Assembly (NCBI GenBank): GCA_040954595.2
Contig: CM082593.2
Span: 7,972,043 to 8,036,042 of the forward strand
Origin: Balanoglossus misakiensis
Lineage: Eukaryota; Animalia; Hemichordata
DNA: 64,000 nt
Reading direction: 5' to 3'
Part shown: piece after piece, positions 42,519 through 53,232 of the stretch
How the letters are laid out: the number at the start of each line of letters is the position of its first letter
Position numbering within the stretch: the first letter of the stretch is position 1
The notes under the pieces: model-generated
Told to the model about the DNA's origin: nothing
Seen by the model: the letters and a program-made list of their open reading frames with translations, nothing else
Databases searched by the model: none
Translations under genes and position numbers: made by a program

Positions 42519-42817
42519 CGATGCCATTTCACCAGCTAAACCGAGTTCATGTGCTCGAACGTCCGGCCAAGATACCGACTCTAAATCATTGACAAAATTC
42601 TGGAACGAAATTGCGATAATTTCTGGACTTGATTTTTATATAGGAACCAGAGATGTTTGCTGAACAACTAATTTATACATGATGGAGAAGCCAATCTGAT
42701 TGTAATCAGATGTAGAGTTAAGCGCTGTTCTGTTCTATTCTATTCTCAGTGTACGTGCCACACTTCATCTGAACCTAAGCCATAGATCATCTCGGTTTAG
42801 CTGGTGAAATGGCATCG
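42519..42817. mobile_element. 299-bp MITE-like element with perfect 27-bp TIRs upstream of the opsin first coding exon
   Basis: cgatgccatttcaccagctaaaccgag ... ctcggtttagctggtgaaatggcatcg; no clear target-site duplication. Confidence 0.75.
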
Positions 42818-43429
42818 TCCTCTGGCACGGGTCGTTGGCTCGACCATAGTCTCCCTATTTTAGGAGAGCAAGTCCTTGGCGGGCGAAGATGGAGAAATGG
42901 GCGTCACTGAAACATTTCGTCTGATTAATATATTCGAAAATTCTGACTGGAAATGTTCAGTTTGTTTTGAGTTACATACATTCCTTGTTCAAAAACCTAT
43001 ATAACACTTGTCCTTCGCGAACCTCAGGTAAATGTAACACTACTTTCATAAACTCGATGCTAGTCAGATAAACGGCAATACTCACCTTATAGCTTCTTTC
43101 AAAGCACGGAATGACAACAAGAGGCCAGTGCGATAGTTTTCCCAATTCCACGGCGAGAAGTAATATTGAATCTGACAAAAATGTGCCATTAAATAGCAAC
43201 ACTCTGAATAGTATTAAGTTAGAGGTATTAGTACGGAATTACCATTAATATTCTGATTAAAAAATGATCCAATCGACTAATTAATTTCGGTGTTATCTTC
43301 ATGCCTTTTCATGTGATTGAATAGTTTGCTGTATTTTAATCGTTTCCAAGATACAATATGGTTTTCTGTTTAGTACACAATATGTTATGATGATGTGTAT
43401 GGTGTGTTTATCACAAACATTTCCAACGA

Positions 43430-43468
43430 AGAGAGAGATAGAGGGAGAGAGGGGGGGAGGGATGGAGG

Positions 43469-43500
<32 letters not shown>
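43430..43500. repeat. GA-rich microsatellite
   Basis: (GA)n/purine tract. Confidence 0.9.
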
Positions 43501-46030
43501 TTGTATATATGTAAATTCTTCTCTTTGAATATAAATATAGGAAACTTCACATTTGTAAAAAAAACACCAGATATTTATTTGTAGGCCTAAATGACATGAA
43601 TAACAACTACATGTACTGCTGTACACGAATGTCGCCATTATACGACATTTGGACTCATAAATATTTGGAAACCTGAACGCTTCGAGCGCGAAATACGTCT
43701 TACATTAATGTCATGAGACTGTAGTCTGACCCGTTTCACTTTGAACCAGTCATTTATTAGTGTCAGACCAGATTTCGCATATGAAAAGGTATTCTTGGCA
43801 TTATAAAATAATTAACCAGAGCTCTATTTATAATGGAGCTCTTTATTCGCTCAAATGATATTTTAAATGCCGGATTTTTTTCTAATCACCTGGCAGTTTT
43901 CGATACCCTTCACAATGCCCGGATTACTGACGCCAGCAATTTCGCGAGAATATTCCACTAGTCGACCAACTAGATCAAAATAAATAGTGGGATTAGTTCA
44001 TTCCCTGACCTATATTTATTGCGGTGCTGACGATATGGTAAGATTTTATCGAGTGATTTACAATTATACATAAAGAGGAAAGCAAGCAAGCAAACAAGAA
44101 AGCAAAAAGAAAGAAAGGAAGAAAGAGGATGAAAGAAAGATGAAAGAAACAGAAAATTAAAGTACACAACGGAAAATGGCCTGACTATTAATTCATATTA
44201 TTATTGTTTGAAACTCTGACCACTGTTATTATATAATTTGGGCAGTATGCCATTGGTATAGGATAACACATTTGCCACTTCATCTGAGCCATTGAAGTAT
44301 TCCTATCATAATACAGCTTAATTTGTAAAGTTAATTTTTTGTTACATTTCTGTTACATTTTTTTTTTGTTACTTTCTGTTCCCATTTCTGGGAAAGTCTC
44401 TTCCCCCTACCTGTCATTAAAAAGCACTGCATATTTCGGTCAATTTGGTGTCTTGTGTTTTATCATTATTCTGTTGCGTGCAGAGGGTCTGTTAGAGGCA
44501 TCAACAAGCCACTAAAGTTCGTAAAACCTCGCCAAATTCCAACACTTTTCGAACCCGTGTGCTCTGCATTTATTCGCCAAGTCGGCGACAGGCAATCAAT
44601 CAATACTTCATTAGGTAATGGTATCAATGGATTAGGATTATCGAAATACATGCGATGTTGATTGCATAATATCACCAGCTTAATTTGATTTCTCTATTCT
44701 AATTATACCTTTTGTATGAAAGCATAAACTAGATTCCCATGAACTATTAATAAAAAAAAGTTCATATTCAATATGATATTGTGACCCTTACAGAACTTGT
44801 ATTGGTTTTGGCTATATTACATCCAGTATCAAAATGTTAATTTTTTTTCTTAAATTGTGTATCGTCTATTGTACCTAGATCTATGTCTGTCTGGCTCTGT
44901 ATGTATGTATGTATGTATACATGCATGCATTCATGCAAAGTCAATTACATCATACAATTCTTTCAGTAGATCCTTATATGTTTTACTTTAGGTGTAAAGC
45001 ATGCTGAAGTCGAATGTGAAGATGCATTTGGCCATTTTCCTAGTATTGATGACGTTCAACTGGAGTACTGGAAAATAATTCGTTACAACCCAGGTTTTGA
45101 TGCACAGTTTACTCTTTAGTTGGAATTAATGGTAGTTTTTGTTCTTTCTCTGGTACTTTCACACACTGCAATGTTGTTCATGATCACCAATGTAACATCT
45201 TTTGTTGATATCGTATATGTGTCTAACCCTCCTATCATGACACCATATATATATATACACACACATACACACACACACCAAATGGGACCTAAAAATTCAC
45301 AAAGTTCCATTCATTACATGGCTTTATTGCTACCCCTTAAATTTACATGAAAATATTCACATTTTCTCTGATAAATTACTTAAACATATTTCTGAGTCAA
45401 CTCTAATTTAACTCAAGCATATTAATTGATGTTTTTGAGTGTACACTTCAATGAACATGATTTGAGGTGTATTACCCATGTTAAAATCAGAAATCAACAC
45501 AGTTGATATGAATATTCTCATTTTATCAACATTTCTTTTATACAAGCAAAGCGATAGTGTGTTAATCAATTTGACTCCTTGTCAAGATGGTTTTTATAAA
45601 AATGGGGCAGGTAATATACAAGAGCCAAAATAAGAAAATCAACGTGTTGACAATATGGACATAATTTTAGTGGTGTTTCTTCTTTCGATGGCTTTTCTCT
45701 CTTCTATGACATGTTTTAAATTCATCATGCAATTCCTGAAAAAAACTTATTAATAATCATGTAAACCTAGTCGAAAATTGATTGATTATCTGATGTTTCC
45801 ATGTAATAAGCCTCAAATCTATTTCTATGACAAAATACAGAGCAGGTCAGAAACTACATGTAGGTACCTTTTGCAATTAACGTTCCATGATTAATGTGCA
45901 CAATATGAATTGTTCCAACAACCGACTTAAAACAAAATTGGTAACTACAGCTACAGAATTAGACAATTTCTATAACTCCTGCAAAATCCTATGATATGTC
46001 AAGGTCATCAGTGATGGTTATCCATCTGTA

Positions 46031-49000
46031 TTATAGCTTGACATGGTGCCACTTGTCAACTGAAATATATAAGACGAGAAATAACATGAGCCACATAATA
46101 CATGTATGAGCACTAGTCATTGTTATAGTATATACTCTGCAGGAGAGCATTGCAAAACATTATTTAAAGAAGAACACAAGAAAACATGACGGGTGGAAAT
46201 CACTCAACCAATGTGGGTGGATCGTATTCTTCGATATCAAATGACGTCAGGCGGCAGTTACGTTGGCATTCAAATTTCCAGATGACAGGCAACTTCAGCA
46301 ACGTGGTGCAGACGTCGACTGTGCAGACGAAATGCTATGAGGCTGATGGGGCACCATGCCTAAAACATACTTGGAAAAACCTTTACCATATCTCCCAGTC
46401 CCAGGACTTTTTGCCAGTAACAACAAAATCTCGATGTCCCATAATTTTTTGCTCTAACTTTCGATAATTTCAATCAAAAGTCAAGAAGTAGCATTTTGAG
46501 GGGTTTAGAGTGGTAATAGTCTAGTCAAAGATCATAATACATCTATAGCCTCAACACCTACCTTCAGAGTTAACCGTTTCAGCTGGGGCTGGAGCAGGAC
46601 TCTAGTAAATAAAAAAACAACATTGCAACTGTCAGCATTAAACGCACAACACTGTTATTAATTATTCTGTGCCAAGTGAAGATTTTCATTAGTAGCTAAA
46701 TGAAGTTTGAATCAGTAGGCAAATGACGCAAGTAGTATGCACCAGTACATGCAACTGTTGCTATAAACCTTTCACTACAATGGTTCAGCCCAAACCCATT
46801 GTTTTCTAAAGTAAACTTGGACCTCTATAGAGGGAATTGGGGGTGAAAGGGTTAGAAGATTTTGTATATCCCTTTCTGCTCTGATATGCATAAGCAATAC
46901 ACTAATCCCATAGTTATTCTGAATGGTTCTTGGCAGTGGTCAGTCGTTCAACAGATGTAAATTAGACTGAAATTAGAGTTACAATACCTTGTCAACTATA
47001 GCTTGGGCGTCCTGTTGTGTCATCATGTACGGACTGCTGCCAACTGAAACATTCTCACTGTTATGGAATAAAAAAGTCACATGAGTAAGGTTGTTAGCAC
47101 GGGATAATTAATGCCAATGTAATACTACAGGGTTTGATTTTTTATTCGTAGTCTACTGAATCCTGTTTTCTGAAGTTAGTAAGTCTAGATAAACTAATTG
47201 TATGTCTGTGAAGTAAATTTTCTAGTCATTTGACATGAATAAATGCAAAGCTTAGAAACTAAGGAAACTGGTAATAAGTATACAGTGGCACACAGAAATT
47301 TGCCAATTTACTGATGACCTTTAAAATACTCCCCCGTTTTATATCCAAATTTTGATAGTCGCCGTGACAACAACTATGACTTTCAATGAACGTGTAGACA
47401 ATAGTAATTTGAAACTGGACTTGACTTTGTTCTGTATTGTTTTGCAACTGGCCATGTAAACTCTGTATATTTGACATATGACCTTTAGAATATGGATGGG
47501 TATGATCTCAAATATCTATACACTAATACTATAGTAGAAGCAATATCACACACAACTCACCAAGCTAGACCTCCAGCATCAGTTTTCTTTGCCAAAAGAT
47601 CTTGCCATTGTTGGTGAGTTTCACTGACAATCTTCAGTGCAAATTCCTAAAATGGGAAATAAAAATCATACCCTTAAAGGGACAAAGTCTCTCTCTCGTT
47701 GCTCTTTTTCCATTAATTATGTTTGATACAAGACACCCTGCATGTTATTCTACATGTGGATATATAGTGAATCAACGTTCGACCACACACACATTCATCA
47801 CGTTTGTAGGATATGAGAGTAGAAAACCCGCCCAAAATGAATAAATGGTAGAGACCGATTAGTCATTTTGGCAAGTCTTTTACTCTCATATCTACAAGCG
47901 GGATGGAAGGTGTGTGTGGTTGAACGTTGATTCACGTAGCAAACACACACTTGCTTACTTTATTATTTACATACATGATGGTTTTGGTACTTGGGATATA
48001 AAAAGATATATATACCTTTAATATCTTGAACTTAACCCTTTCACCACCATGGTTCAGTCCAAACCCATTGTTTTCTATGGTCGGTTTGGACCTCTAAAGA
48101 GGGAACTGGGGCTGAAAGGGTTAAAGTCATTGGTAATTACCTTATCTTTAGCTTTTCCATCAAAAGCAAACTGGTTCTCTGGTTTTCCGTCGGGTATCTT
48201 GTATATTTTAAACCATTCACATGTTGCCTGAACATAAAACACAAAAGCTGTACATGTAATTCAAATAAATCATTATGGTGACTGTACATGTAATAGTCTT
48301 CAGAGATTATTCAAAACCCCGCTGGCCTCACCTTACACATGATGGTTTTTGTTGCAAAGTCATGGCATGTTTGTGTACAGTATACACATATTGACTGGCC
48401 ATGAGGGCAACAGCATACGTCTGTAACCCCTAGGGATTGTGAGTCACCCCCCCAAAAAACAAACAAACAACAACAACAGACTGTTTCCCGAGGCCGAAGG
48501 TGTGTGTAAATTTAAAATTCTCACCTCAAGAAATCCGGGTTTCAACTCCTTGACATCATCAATATCTGAACAGAAAAAAAAAAAAACTCCGGCCATCAGG
48601 TCTAATCCCATAACAATGTGCAAAGTCATAAGGCTTAAATTAAACATCAAGTAGTTGCATAAAATGACAGCACTCACCATTCATCTTTGCAGCTAAGGGG
48701 TCTTTTACGTCGATTGCTAAAACTTTCCAGTCTGTTTCCCCTGTAAGATCAAAATGTAAGCATGAATTTGTTAGTTTTTTTTGCCCCAAATATTTATATT
48801 GACAACTGTGTTCATCAAAAAAAGTAAGTTTATACTTTATTGTGTTGTCCTACCTTCATCAATCAATGCCATAACACCAAGTATCTTCACTTGAATGACA
48901 TCACCACGATTAGCAACCTGTCAACATAATCAATATACATACGAAAAATATTTTTTATTGTAGATGTACTGTTTACTATAACCTAGTAGAGATTCCTTGG

Positions 49001-51814
49001 AACATGCACACGTCCTCCAGAGGCATGAGGGGATTCTTGGGTCTTGACATTCTAGCAAGCGACTGGCAGCGATTTCTGCCTGATCTTGGAACTTCATAGA
49101 ACTCTAGGCATCTGCCAATCCGAAATAAATGTTACACTCACTGAATCAGAGACTGTATTACAGAGGATGTATGTATATGAGATGGACCACTTTTAAGAAA
49201 TGTGGTATAAATACAAACTTAATTGATCCTTACCCTTTGACCTATTTCACAAACATCAATCGGGTCACCATCACCTTTACAGTTTGTATGTTGATCAACA
49301 TGACCAGGATCTTCCCAAGTCTACAAGAGAACATCAAAAAATAATGATACATCCAATCTTTAAACAATGTGCAGTACTGTAAAACGGGAAATTTTCGTGA
49401 CAGGAAATTTTCCCGTTATCAAAAGCGGCAACTATTACACGAGGATTAATTTTCGCGTTCTCGTATTTCACTGCATCGTTACCTTCAAAAACCATTTTTA
49501 CACGACTCTTTATTTTTGAGTTATTTTGTGCTCTCCTGTAGTCTGCGAAAATGTATCGAACTATATTAGTCACTTAACCCCTACATACCTGAGGAAGTGC
49601 ACCATAGTTCCATATATATCCATGATGTGGAAAGCAGTTTTTGACAAATCGCAGATTCCCCTTTTTGACATCTTGCTTGATTGGATTTAATTGTTCTTTA
49701 GTAGCAATCTGAAATGAGAGAAAATAAATTGAAATTGTTGTGAAGTAACATGTCAACATATTAAACTGCTAGTTTCTTAGTCAAATAAACATTTGCACTA
49801 AGGAGCTATAAATCTCTTTCTCGAGTTTTATTCCTCAGTTATTAAAACTTGTAGAGTCAGACAGGAATAGTTTGCTCTGGTCTAACACACAAACCATGGC
49901 AAAACCTTGAGCTCTGGTTTTGCTGTCCAACACGCATACCAAGGCAAAACTTGGGCTATTGAACTGAGCCATCCACTATATATTTCTTTGTGGAGAACAC
50001 TGTAAAATAAATAAAATATCAAAGTGGGAAAACGTATAAATCAGAACTCACCTCCATTTTAGCATTGGACCATCTAGGTACTTCTACAACCATGTTGAAG
50101 ATATTTTTCTGTCCGAGGAAAAACACAAATACTAATGTTAGTTATTTTAGTTGTTTCATGCACATGTTTCAATACCAAAAGATATTTAGTCCCATACTGT
50201 TCCACAAGCATCTACAGTGAATCTTTCCCTGGAGATATGATATCACTGGAAGATAGCATCATGCCACTGTGGTATTGTAAACTACTGTAAAACGGGTTAT
50301 TTTCGTGGCAGGAAATTTTCACGATTATCAAAAGAGGCAACTGTTACGCGAGGATTAATTTTCCCGTTCTCATATTTCACAAACTACATTGTTATGTCCC
50401 AAAACATTTTAGGTAACTTTTTATTTTCACGTCTTAGGGGCTCTTGCGTATTTCGCTCAAATTTATTGCTCACGAAAATAACCTGTTTTAAAGTATTATC
50501 ACAGTGTTGTGGAGTGTGTTGGAAGGGAATGACAGCAGGACTTACCTCATTGTTTGCATACAGTGGGATGTCATGGAATGGAGAGACAAAACCATTGGAT
50601 CCTTCTACAAAACAACAAGGCAGATGACAGTGATAAATCAGCTGATGTCATTATTTAACATAGACAGTCTCCATGGTAAGGCTAACAAGTATGTACAATG
50701 TACAAGTAGTACGTGTTTATGTAGATGGATTTATTACTAGTGCAGCTGTCGCCAGCCATCCAGATCTTTTGAATTAAACTGCTCTTTCGACGCTGCCATT
50801 TTCTGGTGGGATGGTTAAAATTAGGGTTAGGGTTAGCCCTTAGGGTATGGACCACTTCGAGGATAGAATAACTCAGGGGTTTGTGGGACAGTTTGCGTTC
50901 TGTGCGCGAGCGTTAGCCATGCACTAGATGCTACTAGTACATGTATATTGAACGCAAATTATACCATCATGCATTGCAGATACCCTATCCGCGAAGTGGT
51001 CTATGGTTACGACTTTATTTAAATGACTCTATTTTTAAAACCGAAACTAAATCACTTCAGTCATTTAAAATACAGTCATAAGCCTAACGCTAACCCTGAC
51101 CAATGTCATCAGAGAATGGTAGAATCCAGGGGGGGGGGGGGGGGGGGGCAGTTCAAAAGATACCGCCATCCCACCCTCTGCGTGGCAGGGCTGTGTCTCC
51201 AACCACGTCATAGCATAGTCCCCGAGGCTGAGGGACTGTGGGCAGAGTTACGCATGGTTGTAGTTCAACCACGGTTAGTAACTAACCGTGGTTCAACACA
51301 CAAATCAAGGCAAAACCTCGAGCTACTGTAGCGCCCAGCCCTACTGACAACAAGATTACGGTAATACCGTTACGAAATAAAACGAGTTTATCGTACTTTC
51401 TGTGGCTCAGCATGGAGGTAGTCATCTGTCATACGAAATCAAACTTCTACTGCCCGAGAGAAATTTATACGCGCCGAGTACAAACGTGCCGATGCAACTA
51501 CCTGCACTACCGTACCTCGTGGTTATAATATGCCAGATCATGAAACAAAACCCGGCGCTACAGTACTATTGCTTCCGCGATGATTGACGTGGTCGGCGCC
51601 ATTACATAAGATGTGGGGTGTGCATGTGGATTGACTGTCATAAGATTCAGTACTTACTGTAATAGATCCGATAGTCGAGAGAGTTGGGTGCACCTCTTTC
51701 CACAATTGTGTATGACATCGTGAAAATTCTTCTTTGCTGAAGAGAACTTCTCAATCGGCTGGTGACAATTCTAAACACGCTACGTGTTGGGGAGTGAACC
51801 AATAAGGTACACAT
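46031..51814 (-). CDS. PPA1: Family I soluble inorganic pyrophosphatase (PPA1/PPA2 type), ~13 exons, two in-frame starts (51814 and 51718)
   Basis: [20 protein letters not shown]|[30 protein letters not shown]|[33 protein letters not shown]|[20 protein letters not shown]|[37 protein letters not shown]1 versus PPA2 orthology cannot be resolved here. Confidence 0.93.
46764..46854. mobile_element. Degenerate copy of the piggyBac-type mini-MITE
   Basis: Colinear with 48032-48124. Confidence 0.75.
47674..47935 (+). mobile_element. Intronic repeat family A with a long internal palindrome
   Basis: Begins TTAAAGGGACAAAG; gtgaatcaacgttcgaccacacacac ... gtgtgtgtggttgaacgttgattcac encloses a ~170 bp hairpin. 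Confidence 0.8.
48032..48124. mobile_element. 85-bp piggyBac-type MITE
   Basis: TTAA-CCCTTTCA...TGAAAGGG-TTAA: TTAA target-site duplication and CCC termini. Confidence 0.85.
49377..49565. mobile_element. CTGTAAAA-type MITE family, degenerate (related copy at ~50285-50495)
   Basis: tactgtaaaacggg...ttttcgtg.caggaaatttt...gaggattaattttc is shared between the two copies. Confidence 0.7.
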
Positions 51815-52060
51815 GGGCTGTTATCTGATGAATGAGATACCGAATACTCAATGAAACGACAGATTCTATTGGTTAAATCTGGTCATAGCGTACTACTTAA
51901 CCCTTGACGTCACATTTGTTCAAGCTGACCTCTGTATCGTCACGTGACCTGAAAAATTTACAGTGGTGCACGGTACCTGGTCAATATCTGATTAAAATCA
52001 GGTACGGCGAGGTCTTTTATTACTTAAAAGACGTCGGATACCGTACCGCGGCCCGCGTAA
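51815..52060. promoter_or_regulatory. Probable bidirectional promoter of the pyrophosphatase and ABCB8 genes
   Basis: CpG-richer segment with ATTGG (CCAAT) at ~51868, CRE TGACGTCA at 51905-51912 and GTCACGTGAC at 51939-51948. A + strand donor gtaagt at 52057 could end a non-coding ABCB8 exon. Confidence 0.55.
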
Positions 52061-53232
52061 GTAATAAAAGACGTCGCCGTACCCTACATCTGAGGCCAGG
52101 TACTAGCTAAGTACACAGTGTACTAGGTATGGCATCATGGTACCAGGGGGGGGGGTACATTTGTATGGTACGCGTACAAGTTCGTGCCCACTCATCTCTG
52201 AGTCAGAGTACGCTATCTGAGATAAACCGAACTGTCGAGAAATATTACCTCTTGGTAGAGGTGTCGCATCAGGCGTTGGTAGCCCCCCCCCCCCCCCACA
52301 TCATCACAGAAGTTGGTGTAATGGTTATGCAACTTCAAGATAGTTTTCTGTATTTGTCCTTTGTAAAAATGAATTTCTTGCTCCTCTTTCATGAGGGAAT
52401 GCAAACAAATAATTTGCCAGACATCAGGGAATGAAAAAAATTAATAGCCAGTGGATCAGTTACCAAAAAAATAATGCTACCTCACTTATCTTCCACCCCC
52501 TGGATATCAATTGGTCTACCCCTTAGTAAGGTCTGTGAACCCCAACGTACCCGGATGTCCTCTTTTGACCGTGTTCATCCGGGCACTTTGGGTCACTGAA
52601 CTTACTGAGGTGAAAACGTTTCTCACCTTTGACCTGTAACCTGTGTGTGTCAAGGTTTGATTCATCAAAAAGTATGTGATCAAGGTTTACCCGTACAACC
52701 ACATGCCAGAGCCGCGGTCCAAACACATTGAACGCCACCCGTAAACAAGAACACGTGGAGTTGCCTGCCCTGTGTGAGAAAACATGGTGAGTAGACCCAG
52801 ACTGCTCGACCGAGATCTAAAGTGAGGGGGGGGGGGGGGGGTTGGCGTTCCAGGCCAGCCAAGGCACAGTCGCTTGAAATTTGCGCGTTGTTTACAAACA
52901 ACGCACAAATTTCAAGCATACTGTCTATGTTTCAAGTGACCGTGGGCCCAGGAGGCAAGGGTACGATGAAATCGGGGCGGGGGGGGGGGGGGGAAGCAGT
53001 ACCACAGTCCCTCCGATTTAAATCAGATGTAGGATACAGCGCCATCAATCACCACAGGGAGCTCTAGTCTGGTCCCCTGCCCCAATCCCACCGCTGGCTG
53101 CGCTAGGGAGCTCTCCCTCTGTATTTTTAGTGTGTATGTTTGTTTGCAATTTGTTTGTTATTGATTGATATGAAATGTCTTCAGTTGAACTTGCAAATTT
53201 ATCAAATAATTTCACCCACAACATAAACAATC

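Noticed and set aside
50821-50845. TTAGGG telomere-like units
   Set aside because: Only 2-3 units, too short for an interstitial telomeric array.
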